Assembly: GCF_000002865.3 (NCBI RefSeq)
Contig: NW_001865082.1
Span: 67,894-131,893, forward strand
Reading direction: 5' to 3'
Source: Monosiga brevicollis MX1
Taxonomy: Eukaryota
DNA length: 64,000 bases
The notes beneath the pieces were generated by a model. The model saw only the letters and a program-made list of their open reading frames with translations, made no database searches and was not told where the DNA came from. Numbering within the stretch: the stretch's first letter is position 1; the number at the start of each line of letters is the position of its first letter. Of the stretch, positions 1-12,718 are shown in pieces. Made by a program: the position numbers and the translations under genes.

Positions 1-47
<47 letters not shown>

Positions 48-212
48 ACGCAAACTAGCCCAATGATCTCAAAGCCCCTTCTATCACCCATGCCCCCCTC
101 CCCCCAACAACTCTGCGCACATCAGAAAATCCAACTCACAACCTCTCTCTCTCTCTCTCTCTCTCCCTCTCTTCTTCTTCTTCTCTCTCTCTCTCTCTCT
201 CTCTCTCCCTCT
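1..212. repeat. (AC)n microsatellite (1-46) followed by (CT)n/(CTT)n tract (~143-212)
   Basis: Directly visible dinucleotide runs upstream of the RTK gene. Confidence 0.95.
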
Positions 213-664
213 CATACAAGTTAATGTTGGTAGAGAAAGAGTTGTTGTAGACACCTAATGGCAGGTACTTGATTTCATACCAAAGTTAAAGTAGCACTTT
301 TGTAGGTTTTTGCTGCTGTTGTCCTCGCCCTCAAAACCGTCGTGTGGGGTTGGATCACTTCCACACACACATGCGATCGGCGCAAACGGCGTCGTCTCGG
401 GGCATCTTTTCTGGCCATCGCTCTGGTTTGATGGAGATGAGGGCGCTTTGAGGAGGGTCAACAGGACTGGTCGTTGATCCTTCCATGATCTTGCCCGTCT
501 TCAACTCTCACGTTGGCGGCGCTGCTGCGCCCCGCCCCCCGCCCCTTGCCCTTACCCCGTCATTTCCCGTATTGGGATCTGAGCTCTGACCCATGGACGC
601 AAGTTTTCAAAGCTACCAGGCGCTGAGGCTGCGACGTGAAACATAGCTGAAGCATCAAAACAGC

Positions 665-2296
665 ATGCCAACCCCAGCCCAGAGCCTGGTTGCCCTGGTG
701 GCCGCCGTCTTCCTGGCCCCCACCCTCCGAGTCACCGCGTTACAAGGAACCTGCCGCTTCCCGCTAACCCTCGAATGCGATGACGTCCTCAGCGTTGATG
801 TCTGCGTAATAGCGGCATCCACCGCTGACTGCTATCTTGGGCCCAACACCACGGTCCACCAAGCCCTTTGTGACCTCGCCTGCGAAGTCTCGACGCTCAC
901 CCTCCACAACCTACGCAATTTTTCCATGGATGGAGAGGAAGAACTCAACACCGACTGGGGGCGCATCGGTCGAACGCTCGACGTCTTTGTCGTCTCTGCC
1001 TTTGAGGCCAATGTTTACAACTACAATTTTGATTCCCTGCTGGGGCTGGATAACCCAATCACCGACTTGACCTTCAACAGCCTCGGCTCTCGCCGCTTCG
1101 ATCCCGTCGAAGTCTTCGAGTTTGGCCAACCCCGTCACAGCAGCGTTCAGTCGCTGCATCTGCGCAACCTCTTCCTGAATGAGTTTATCATGGATGTCGC
1201 CGCCACCTTCTTCGGAAAGCTCCAGTTTCTGTGGCTTGAAGACCCCGTCACAAATCTTTCCATGTCCGATCAACACGTTTACCTGGGACCTGTTAAACAT
1301 GTGCGCCTCGATGCTCGCAACTACGCTCCTACCAATTACCCACGCCTTGCCCGCATACAGACCCTCCGCTCCCTTGACATGCACGGCTACAATATCTCCA
1401 CCATCGCCTGCGACTTTCTACCTGCCACCCTCAACCTCAACGTTCTTAACATCAGCGGCAACAACATCACCCACTTTGGCCTTGACCTGCTTCATCTTTC
1501 TCTCAACATGTTCAACATCTACCGGGGCCTCACCGTGCCCCTCCCCAACGGCGAGACCTACACTGCTGCCATTGACATGAGCGATAACCCCTCCACTTGC
1601 CTGCTGCATCCTGTCTCCAATCCCCAAAGCTCGTCCGGCCCTCTCTTCATCAACTGCTCTTGCTCAGACCCCCCGCTCCGTGAGGCACCCTATTGCCCGC
1701 CCCCTGTTTTCCTGCCCTGCAATGATTCTGATCCCTCTGCTGGCTCGGTCCAACAGCACCAAGTGTGTGATGGCTCACTGGATTGCCCCAATGGCCGCGA
1801 TGAAGCCCGCTGCGCTATCACCGCCGCCAACTTTCACCTCCAACCCAGCATGGACTGCAGCGGCCTATTCACGCTTTCCGCTCTCACGGCACACAACATC
1901 TGCGGCCGTTCCTGTTACCAAAACATGACCCTGCATCTCCGGGGTGGCGTTCTTACCTGGTCCCACAATCCGAGCAATTGCACCGACCCCAATAGTCAGT
2001 TTCGCCGCACAGTGCTAGCCCATTGTCGCAGCTACTATGTGCTCAGATTACCTCCCGCCGTCACCCCTGGTCTCACCGCTGGCCTGTGATAGACCCGGGT
2101 CCCTTTTTGTGCCCCCCTCTGCAAGCTGTCATTCAGAATTGGACCTCCTTCGAAGGTCGCGTAGGCGAAGCCTCCCTTCAGTAAGACTGGTTGGAATTGC
2201 ATGGTGTGCGAAGCGAGATCAGCCTGTCGATCTTCCTCAGGGATCCTAATCCCCACGGTTAATGACTGACACCTGCCCCCTTCCCTTCTTCTTGCT

Positions 2297-2339
<43 letters not shown>

Positions 2340-5300
2340 CGTTCGAGTGGATGAAGAGAATGCTGCTCTGGCTATGGAGCTCATTTACCATATTCGCTTC
2401 AACGACAACGAAACCTCGCTCAGCCAGGAAGGCTTTTTTTGCTTTTTGGGATTTTTTGCAGAAAACAGGAGCACAAATCGACCCTTTCCTTATGGGCCCC
2501 ACTTGCCAAGCGTCTTCTACAGCCGGGACCTAGTATGCCCTGTGATGCCCTGGCTTGCAACACGCAATGTTGCCACTACCCAGGCACCCGGCCTCGTCAC
2601 GGAACCCGCATCAACGACGCCGCCACGCCTTAGCTCAAGCGCCAGCCACGGACCCAACACGATTGTCATTGCCATCGTGGCGGCCATTGCCCTGGTTGCC
2701 TTGGTGCTTATCCTCTTGATCCACGCCCATCTTCGCCGCAAACCACGTCGTCATATCAGCATAACCCACCTACAATCAGCGCGTGAGGAAGGCATGGCGC
2801 GCTTCGAGCATGATTTTGCCAGGGCCTTTGACGACCGCCTGGCTCTAGCCGAAGCCTTTGAGGATGAGGCATCTGTGCAGTCACCTGCACAGCTAAAGCA
2901 GCGCGTACAAATAGGAACCGGGCGGTTTGGGCCCTGCTTCATGGCACAAGCCTCGCTTAAGACCGAGCGACAAGCGCCCGTCATGGCCTTGTCCCTGGAC
3001 CCAGGTGCATCACCTGCCCTTGCCGTGGAGTATTTTGCCATGTGCCGTTTGCACCATCTCGTTGCCCGCCGGCATCCCAGCGTGCTGCAATTTTATGGAC
3101 TGGCTGCCAACGCTCGCGAATGCTTTTGCGTCCTCGAGTATGCCGAAGGAGGCCCCCTACGCGACTACTTGCGCAGCCCTGCATGGACCATGCAGCCTGC
3201 TGACATCCAGCAACAGCGGGCCTTGATTATGCTCACACAAGTGGCGGCTGCCATGGCACACCTCGAGTCCATGTCCATCGTCCACCGCTGCCTCTCAACT
3301 GATACAGTATATATCAAGCGCAGCTACCTCGAAGTGCGTGTTGCGGGCTTTTCCATGGCTCGTGACGTGTACGAATCCCAGAGTTACGTCAGCATGGCAA
3401 GCAAGACTGTGGGTGTAGAACCCAAACTCCGTACTCACAATGCTTGGATGGCGCAGCCCACCGAGCCCATGACCGAATCATACGATGTGCGCTTCCTGTC
3501 GCCACAAGCTCTCATCGATGGCGAGTACACCATCAAAGGCGACGTGTACGCGTTTGGGTGCTTGGCCTATGAAGTTATCACTGGCAAGCAGCTCTTTCGC
3601 AATCTTAACAAGAGCGCTTTTGTGGCAAAACTACGCTCCCAGCCATACCTTGACACCACGGGCGTCGAGCCTGGCGTGCTTGCGGATCTCATCCGCAACT
3701 GCACGCGCACTCAGGAAAAGCTGCGCCCCCGCTTTGTCAGCATCTTTGGTCTGTGCTGGCAGAAACAACACAACCCGTTGCTCTCTCTTTCCATGGACGC
3801 CCGGTCCAGTCTCCAACATGCTGACAACGCGGTGGGCGAGGTCAAGGACCTCATTTCACGCTTCACCCTGCAACACACCATTGCCTCATCACCTGGCTGG
3901 CGCTTTGGACTCGGCCAGGCCTGGATTGTGGGCAACTCACGTCAGGCTCGACCGGCCCTATTGGCCGCCTACGCGAGTGGATGGACAGATGTGCAAGCGC
4001 TTGTTGCCTTTCTCGCCACAACTAGCCATCGCACCCTGGCCTGTCCAGCTGCTGCTGGCCCAGTTGAGCAGGAGTTTGTTCTGCTCTTCCCACCTGCCAA
4101 GGCACTTCACCATTGCACAGACCTGCTGGCTTCGCAGTCCTTGGCCCTCGAGGTGTGTGCGCTAGCTGTGAGCGCACTTGCCTGCTTAGCACGTGGCTGC
4201 TTCGGCTGCAACTCTTTGCCTTTGGCTTGCCTGATCGTACAAGCGCAGGATGCGACCAACGCGTCCAGCGCCTCTGCCACACCCAGCGTCTTTATTCAAG
4301 GCTTTCCAGTGCACCGCCACGCGACACGTGCGGCTGTTACCAACCTCAATACAGCGCTGCAACTCACCTGCGACCTGGAAGCTGCTGCGCCGACGCCAGC
4401 GTCTCGTGAAGCCTTACTGAAAATTAGGTCCTTGGTTCAGGAGGCCGTGACTACCTCAGCCAACAGTGCTGATGACGGTACTGCGTTTGATCGACTCATG
4501 GAGCTCGAGGCAAGGTTGCTCCACGAATCTGGCCTTCTCACCAAGCCGGAATACCAGTGGTCGCAACTTCGCTTTGTCCAAGAGTTGGGACAGGGTGCAT
4601 TTGGCGATGTCTCTCTCATGGAGCTGGAGTCACAGCAACCTCTCGAACAGGAGCGACGTGGTATGGTCCGCGGCAGCATCGGAGATGCCAAGCCTCGGCA
4701 GCTGGTTGCTGTCAAGACATTTCGCGATTGTGGCAACATGTTGCAGAGCTTCCAGCAAGAGGTCCGAGCCATTGAGCACCTGGCGCACCCCAACATTGTG
4801 CGTCTTCTGGGCGTTGTCAGGGAGGCTCACAATCCAGCCATTCTCCTGGAGTACCTTCCCCTGGGCTCGTTGGATGGCTGGTTGATGAGTGAGGATGCCG
4901 CCGCTGCCTCTGGACGGGATCTTCTTTATATCGCCCACCAGGTATTCGCATCTGTGCTGAACAACTGATCGCGTCGCAAATGGCACCTCTTTTGCCCTTG
5001 CCTGAACCTGCTGCTGCCTCATTGCTATCGGTGCCCGATTGCCACTTCCTTCTTTCTTCTCGCCGCACGATGTTTGACTGTTAGGTGGCAGCTGGTATGG
5101 ATGAACTGTCGCGTTTGCATATCCTACACCGAGACCTTGCAGCACGGTAAGTGAGCTTGGCGGCGGCCGTGAATTATGGCCATGACTGACTTGATCCGTG
5201 GGATCTGTACTCTCCGCGACCCATCCTGCGTAGCAATATTCTCTTGGGCGAAGGCCTTCAGGCCAAAGTGGCTGACTTTGGTCTCTCTCGCCGCGTCAAG

Positions 5301-5981
5301 CTCTACTACCGTATGTGATTGCTGCTCGCCACGCCTCAGACCATGTCTCATAGCACCTGTTGCCAACAGCCCTCTGCTAAACATTGAGACTCATGAGTCT
5401 GGGTTCAACCTTGAACAGGCATGAAGACAGCTCGTCCGCTCCCGTTGCGCTGGATGGCCCCGGAAATGATCGATGAGCTCAAGGCTACGGTGAAAACCGA
5501 TGTCTACAGCTACGGCATCCTATTGTCGGAAATCTTTTCCTACGGCGAAGAACCCTTTGGCCACCTTGGGGACGAGGAGGTGCTGGCACTTTTGAGTTCG
5601 ACATGCCGTGCCCTGCGCCAAGGCACCCGCTTCACGGGCAGCTTGCTTGATCCCCCATCGGGCATGGGCCAAGCGCTCAAGGCACTGTTCATGCGCTGTG
5701 CCGCCGTGGAAGCTCGATCGCGGCCCACTTTTCGAGAAATTTTCCTCGAAACCATGCCCCATCACTGGGCTACCCTGAGTCGCGGCGTTCGCGTTCGCAA
5801 GATCAGTTCCAATTCCGCATCGTCAGATGTGGCTCAATTTCAGCTTGATCGCCGCTTTCGGCGCTCCATTAGCAGCAGTGACTCGACAACATGTGATTCA
5901 CCGGGGGGTCATCTGGCCTCTTCCACCCACACAGTGGCCATTGATCTATCTGATGACGCCTATGCTGAGACGCACATTTAA
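665..5981 (+). CDS. Receptor tyrosine kinase: signal peptide, LRRs, LDLa repeat, TM helix, pseudokinase domain, C-terminal tyrosine kinase. Exons ~665-1994, 2093-2180, 2340-4941, 5085-5146, 5234-5310, 5419-5981
   Basis: Hydrophobic N-terminus; LRR-like LRSLDMHGYNISTI and LNVLNISGNNITHF; LDLa QVCDGSLDCPNGRDEARC; TM TIVIAIVAAIALVALVLILLI followed by RRKPRR; distal kinase has LGQGAFGDV, VAVK, spliced HRDLAARN, VADFGLSR, PLRWMAPE, DVYSYG; GT-AG introns join in frame. Confidence 0.9.
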
Positions 5982-6243
5982 CGCCCAAGTCTCATCTTTT
6001 CCCTTTTGAGTTTGATGTGATTTTTTTTTTTTTTTGTTTTGTTCCTGGCCCGGGCGTCTGCTTGTCTTTTCCGCCGATATGTGGGTGCTCTCCGGGCTCG
6101 TAAGCAATGATGACAGACTTTTTCGACAAGTCGAAGCCACAGTGTGTGAAGAATAATTGACTAAATAATCGGGACACTCCAAACTCACCCAGACAGCCTG
6201 CTTCGCAACTCCAACCAGTAGGAATCTTTATGAAACACACGAG

Positions 6244-7212
6244 TCACGAAGTCGGCGGTGCCAACATCATCTCCAGGTCAGTAACTTCTGGCAGTGCATC
6301 TTGAATTGCATGCAGCAGGGCCTGGGCTGCCGCTTGCTCTGCCTTGCGAATCGAGGGGCCAGATCCGTCGGCCTGCCACTTTCGTAGCGTGACCTCCCTC
6401 TTGCATGCAACTCGAGCCGTGGAAAAGAAGCTCGCTTCCTTATTGGATGCTTCGGCACGAGTCGTATAGACGCCCTCAGTGGAGGGCTGCACGGTCCTGC
6501 GCTGCAGTGCAGCCAAGGCCTCATTGGGTTCTGAGTCGATGTTCAGCTGTTTAAGCACAGAAATAGCAGCGGCTTGTTCTGCAGCCTTGATGCTTGTCCC
6601 CTGGCCATGCCCCATGAGTTGGATGGGGCCCCACCAGGAGCTGGGCAGATTGGCTTCGACTCTGACGTGCCACGTTCGAACGCTCTCGCTCTCGTCACAA
6701 CCGCGTGGTGTGTAGATAGGGAGCTCATGTGGCTCGAATTTTTGAGCCAAAATCTGAAGCGCTTCCTTGAAGTTGGTTCGGGTGGGGGTATGTGAGATGG
6801 ACCAGAGGTGGTGAGTCACAGCCAGAGCTGCCGGCCAGCCACCGTCAAGCAATATGGCGCCCAAGAGTGCTTCCACGGCATCGCCGAGTACGCGGGTCCG
6901 TTCGGAAAGGTCCACTCCTTCAATCACCTGAATATGTTGGTCGAGCTTGAGGCGTTTGGCCATGCCGTGGAGAGCCTGGGCATTGACCATTGCGCTTAAT
7001 TTCTTCGTCAGTACGCCTTCACCTTCTTTTGGGAAGGCATGGTACAGGTGCTCGGCAGCGGCGAGGTTGAGAACACGGTCTCCGAGAAACTCAAGCCGCT
7101 CATTGCTGGGTTGTTCCGCGCTCGCCCGGCTACCGTGTGTGAGCGCCTGCACCAAATATTGAGATTCTTTGAACTGGTATCGAAGCGCAGACTGCAAGGA
7201 TCGTAGCGTCAT
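6244..7212 (-). CDS. Ribonuclease III, class I/bacterial type: one RNase III domain plus two dsRBDs, intronless
   Basis: QALTHGS, signature NERLEFLGDRVL, GDAVEALLGAILLDGG; dsRBD C-terminal helices GQGTSIKAAEQAAA and GSGPSIRKAEQAAA. Confidence 0.92.
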   Translation of the reverse strand: MTLRSLQSALRYQFKESQYLVQALTHGSRASAEQPSNERLEFLGDRVLNLAAAEHLYHAFPKEGEGVLTKKLSAMVNAQALHGMAKRLKLDQHIQVIEGVDLSERTRVLGDAVEALLGAILLDGGWPAALAVTHHLWSISHTPTRTNFKEALQILAQKFEPHELPIYTPRGCDESESVRTWHVRVEANLPSSWWGPIQLMGHGQGTSIKAAEQAAAISVLKQLNIDSEPNEALAALQRRTVQPSTEGVYTTRAEASNKEASFFSTARVACKREVTLRKWQADGSGPSIRKAEQAAAQALLHAIQDALPEVTDLEMMLAPPTS

Positions 7213-7715
7213 GTCTCTGCGCCCCGGGGAAGCACGCCAACGCCCTCCTCTTCGATTTTTTTTTTTTTTTTTTTTTCAACGTTCGACTCCAGCACCATTT
7301 GTCTGACAAACACAGTAGGTGGCTGGATGATGGAACCGTGAGTCGCCGTTGCCTTTGCTCGCCATCAGCGATGCTTGACTGTGTTGGGAACCACTGGAGA
7401 TGCCTCGTCCCCCGTAAAGGCGACAATCGCACCATCAGCTTCTTCGATGAACCGACGCTTAGGACCGACACAACTGGTATGTAAATTCCGCCATGAGGCC
7501 CACGGAAAGCTGTTCCAAATTGCAACTCGTACACAATCTGCGTTTGAATTTCTAATCATATGCCAGCGCACGGGGCGCACGCTGTTGGTAGCAGGGATGA
7601 CAAGAAGCGGCTGGCTTCGCAAGGGAGAGCGTGTACGTGGCGAGTGGGCGCGCAGGCTGTACGCGAGAGACCAACTAACCCCAACTTGCCAAAAAAAAAG
7701 CTCGATTGTTTTCTC

Positions 7716-9656
7716 CTACACCTCTGCGGGACTGTAATGTTTGTCTTGAAAGCGAGCAAAACTGGCCAAGCTTTCCGTCTTGAGAGCCTGCAAAGCAGGG
7801 CCCTCTAGCATATCTTGCGCTGCCAGCCAGCCCTCGTACAACTCCAGGTACCCAAACTCTTGCAAGAGCTGCATCATGCGATTTTATAGTCATGTGTGAG
7901 ATGCGTTTCGGTCTTTTGGGTGCGCATGGCCGGCGAGATGGCGGGGCGTACCGGGCGAGTGCGCTCGAGGACGTAGGTGATGTTAGCTGCAGAGTAGCGC
8001 TTGTAGCCATTCCAAAGGACGTCGTAGTTGGCGTGGTTGTTTGTGGTTAGCGTCGCCACTCGACGGTCCTGAAGCACCTGCTTAATCCCCGCCATGTCAC
8101 GGATCACCTCGTCCCCAGCTTCACGGGGGCCGTAGGGCAGAACATTGGCCAGGCGATGGAAAATTCGCGCACGCATATCAAACGAGCTCAGATCCTCGAA
8201 ACGATACACAAATTTCGGAATGTTGGCCAATGGCAGCGTGTTCTGGACAACAGAAAATGCATGAGCTTGGGGCAAGCTGCGGTAGGTGAACGACCGGTGC
8301 ACCATCAACACTAACATGCCAAGTGACGTGAAAGTTGATCCAGTGATCGATAAAGCGATCCAGGGGCCAATTGACGATCTGCGGGCTATGCCCCTCCTTG
8401 TCCAGCCAGCTGCCGTATCAGAGCGCGCAATGAGACCGGCAAAAGTGTATTGAATCGCATTGCAAAACTATGTTGGCCCCAAGGAGTGCCTTTCCAGATT
8501 TGAAAAATAGGGAAGAGGGCAAAGAAGCAACGAGGAAAACTAGAATACACTCACACACGCCTTTGCTAGTGACAAAAGTCTTACCGCAGCCAGGCGTCGT
8601 GGTTGTCGAGCGGGTTGCGAGTGGGCAGGATGTGAAAATTACCAATGCCCACATCACTGAAATTGGTGAGTTCGCGTTGATGCCCCTTTCGCACATAGAT
8701 GAAGGGACTGTGGGTCTTTGCAATAACAAAGTCATCTGGGGGCTTGAGCAGAGTGCAGTCGTTAATATGCCCACATGCATTGCCATAAAGTTGCGTCTCC
8801 GGGCCTCGAAAGCTGTTGACGTTCTACTCCGAATGAATGAGCAAGCGTGAGCAACCATGCATTTGGTCCCGACACAAAAGCCCTGATGCATTGGACGAAC
8901 CACCAGTTTAGTGGCCGTGTCGTCTTGATAGGCTTTGTATGTTTCATGAAAGACTGCGGGGTGCCACGCCACCACCCAAGCACCGGTGAGTACGGCCATG
9001 ATGGACTTTGCTGGCTCTTCAGCGTTGGCTCGGGTCCCTGGCTACCCAACAACACTCTTCTTGCAGTCCCTCGTACCTGAATGAGAGGCGCGTCTGGTGA
9101 TGAGCTCGACCATGTCCCTAGAACGCGTATCGATCATTATCAGCAATCGTTCATGGTCAGAGGGCGCTGCTCCAAGCATTAACTCCCGATGAGAGATGGC
9201 AGATGGTTTGGCGGTTCCAAAAGTCGGAAAGCACATACCGGGACCATGTGTTGCCGCTGCGAGGAATCGAGGCCATGATGAAGCGTGGCAAGACAATGGG
9301 GACTTGTCGGCAAACACAGTTCTCACAGTCGGCTGGAACTCGATCACGAAGCCTGCTTTTTACGAACAGGATCTGATGACCGCAGGCCGGACTGGAGCGA
9401 CCCGTATGCCGAACTCGACAGGCATTGTCGGGCGGGCACAAGCACATGCGTTGTCCATTCTGCAAGGAAGATGATAATTTGCCTTTGAACTTTGCAGAAA
9501 AGTCGATGGATGCGACGCGGCAAAACGTGAGTATTCTAGACATACCTCGAGCTCGAGCCATTCGCCGCCATTTTGAACGCAGGAAGCAAAGCCCTCGGCC
9601 TGTGTGCTACTGAGCCACACGCCCAGATACAAGGCGAAGAGCCAAGAGCGCACCAT
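7716..9656 (-). CDS. Secretory P-loop sulfotransferase, paralogue A (WSCD-like sulfotransferase domain), multi-exon
   Basis: Signal peptide MVRSWLFALYLGVWLSSTQA; Cys-rich module; PAPS loop MASIPRSGNTWSR; FVIAKTHSPF; ILPTRNPLDN; FVYRFEDL; last exon LLQEFGYLELYEGWL...HYSPAEV*. Confidence 0.8.
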
Positions 9657-9853
9657 GGTAGCCGCTTTTCAGCTCAACCAGCTAATGGATCTCCTTCTCC
9701 GGCCAAGGCCGGCTGGGAACAACACCGGGAACCCAAGGTCCCTAGTATGCCAGACTATCACCACCAATGCCAGTACCATGCACCCACCCCGAGCCGCTGC
9801 CAAAATGTGCCGTCAACTAAAATGACCAAAGCGGAAGCTTTAAAAAAAAAATT

Positions 9854-9894
9854 TCTCTCTCTCTCTCTCTCTCGTGTGTGTGTGTGTGTGTGTG
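9854..9894. repeat. (CT)n(GT)n compound microsatellite
   Basis: Directly visible, 5' of sulfotransferase A. Confidence 0.9.
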
Positions 9895-10391
9895 AAGTGA
9901 AAAAAAAATGCACGAGCGGTGGTGAATAATGAAAACATTGTTTCACACAGAAACAGCTGAAGCTGACGGCAGACCGATCATGTACCCCGGCCTCCATGAG
10001 CATCTATGCTGCGTGCATACTCCCCTGCATCACGGCATCTGAGATCTGAATGCATTTGAGCCAGCTGCATTTATCATGGCAAGGCTGCCCTTTTGCACGT
10101 GGCTGCCCACCGTTATATTTCACACACACACACTCACACACACACACACACACATATTTTGCTGTCAGACAGAAAATTGCTTTGAGTTGGCGCTTGGAAG
10201 TGTGCGCGCTGCTCCCTCCTCCTCCCTCTGCGCACGTGACGTTGCGGAAAGCGCGTTGATCATGGTATTACTTGAATGGAATGGTGTACACTGGCATGGA
10301 ATGATCAATCAAGGGTTCGACCGAGAGGTCAAGGCCCAACGTCGTCGTAGGTCTGGAGAAAATAATAATTTACATTAGCAAGGGCGTAACT

Positions 10392-12391
10392 CTACTGAGC
10401 GTCGGCCGGCGAGTAGTTCTGGTTGCCAAATTGGGCCCAGCTAGCAGCAAATTGGCGATGCAACGCATTCAAGGGTTTTTCATTGTTTGGATCCAACTGC
10501 TTGGCCTTGAGCCACAGCTGGTACGGACGGAGGTAACCGAACCGTTTCAGGTGCTACCGGTGTCCAACGCCAAAATCGCCAATGTGAGCCACGACTGTTT
10601 ATCCCCCATACACGCATGAACGACAGCCCTATTTTGGCCACTGCATGCGGACTCACATCATGACACATGTCAATGGCCATTTGTATATCAGCAACGGAGT
10701 GGCGCCGATAACCCAGCCACGGGTCTTCGGGTTGCGACGAGATTCCGTCTTCGTGCACGACACGGGCGTCATAAATCACAGACATGACCCCGAGCATATC
10801 GCGCAGGACCTGATCGGCACCCGTGCGCGCGTCGGTGTATGGGATTTCATTGGCGATGCGATGAAAAATACGTCCTCGCACGTCTTTGTCATCCATATCT
10901 TCGTAGCGAAAAATGAACTTGGGCTGATCACGCATCAGCTCCGTATCCTAACAAGGACGACATTCTATTGAACAGATTTTTGTGGCTCACAAAGTGGCGC
11001 ACAAAACAGTCGACTTACCTGCCAAGCCACGTGAAAGTTGCGCCAGTGTTCGAGAAACTTGGCCAGGCTCCACTTGCTTGCATCCGCGCCACGCGAGTGT
11101 TTGCGCAGCCAACTGAGGCCCACAAACACAGTCGTTGGTAGACCGAAGATTTGCTACACGCCAATGTTCAAGGACGAGATTGCGGTACTGACCCAACCCA
11201 GTCAACGTAGTTGTCCAAAGGATTACGAACGGGCAAGATGGAGAAGACGCCAACGCCCACATCGCTGATGTTCTGGAGATGGCCTTGCATGCCGTGACCA
11301 GGGTAGAGAAAAGGACTCTGTGTCATTGCGACTACCAAGTCGCTTGGTGGCTTCAGCATCTGACACTCATTGACGTGACCACACGCATGACCATACAGCT
11401 GGGTTTTTTCATCCAACTGCGACTCCAAATGCTATTCCAGTCAACAGTCGTGATAGTAGCCCAGCAGACAGCAAGTCTGAGTTTAGGAGCATCAAGACAA
11501 GCGCAGTGGGAGTAACGGAGAAAAGGGTGCAAAAGCAAGCTGCTTTGGCAGACATGGCCGGAAGGCTACCTCGGTCGAGAAGGCAGCTCGATTGGTGAAG
11601 GCTTGATACTTCTCGGCGCTCACTGTGCAAAGCGCACCAAGGATTGAGGAAGATGTTAGCAAAACCAACCAAAATGGTGCCCCGCCCATCGATACGTAGC
11701 AGAGAGAGAGTTGAAAGGGAGCATGCTGGCGCTCTCCGGTTTGAACTGTGTGGACTGCCCCGCATTGTCCCACCTGTATAAGTGGGGCGCCGCGTCAAAA
11801 GCTCCAGGATGTCCCTGCCCGCGAGGACCGCGAGGACCGCGAGTGCCAAAGCAGTATGTGCGGATAGCAAGAGATGAGGCAGGGAGACGCTCAGACGCTC
11901 ACGCACACGAAGTTCGCAAGCAAATTGTACCGAATCCAGTTGACACCACTGCGCGGCATGACGGCAAGGATGACCCGTGGGATGACAACGATGTCGCTGG
12001 CTTTGCAGCGGCAGTTACTACAACCTTCGGGTACACGGTCCCGAAGGTGCCCTTGAACACTCAGCAGGCCATGAGCACAGGGGGCCGACTCCCAGTCATC
12101 ATGCTCCAATTGGCAGGAGTAACCCGCTGCGCACAAGCAATGAGGCGCGCCCTATGCACAGCACAGCCAGCATTGTCAGGCTGGGAGCGTTCAGTTTGGA
12201 CTCGAGCGTGCGCGCGCGAAGGAGTCCAAGAAAAAAAAAAGGGAGCCCCCATCCCTCACCTTGTGTTTCCCCCAGAAACCCAAGCTGTTGGAACACCAAT
12301 CATCAGCCTGGCTCGTCGGAACCAGCGCCAACACCAGACCAAACATCACGAGTCCCGTCGTCGCGACGCGCATTCGCGTTGGCCGCCTCAT
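10392..12391 (-). CDS. Secretory sulfotransferase-like paralogue B with degenerate catalytic motifs, multi-exon
   Basis: Signal peptide ...VMFGLVLALVPTSQA; LAVMPRSGVNWIR; LVVAMTQSPF; ILPVRNPLDN; FIFRYEDM; last exon HLKRFGYLRPYQLWL...NYSPADAQ*; start could be 12373. Confidence 0.78.
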
Positions 12392-12435
12392 TTTTTTATA
12401 TTTTTTTTTTTTTAATTTTTTTTGATTCATCAAAA

Positions 12436-12437
<2 letters not shown>

Positions 12438-12483
<46 letters not shown>

Positions 12484-12506
12484 ATGTGTGTGTGTGTGTG
12501 TGTGTG
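12438..12506. repeat. (TG)n microsatellite
   Basis: Directly visible, 5' of paralogue B. Confidence 0.95.
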
Positions 12507-12718
12507 AAGCAAATTTGTGGATCGTTTCTGTGTGGTTGTTGTTCACACATATACATCAAGAGCTTTCAGAGTGGGAGTGAATGGTCGGGGACGACGTGGA
12601 TGTTACGCGTAAGGCCGTGAGGGGCAACATGTGCACTTGAAAGGCTAGCTTCGAGTTGCGGTAAAGAAAACAAGAGGAGAAGAATTGAAAGCACGGATAC
12701 ACGAACAGGCTAGGCCTT

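Noticed and set aside
7299..7808. Possible small spliced + strand gene (GTGAGT and GTATGT donors)
   Set aside because: No recognisable product, and it would overlap the last exon of sulfotransferase A
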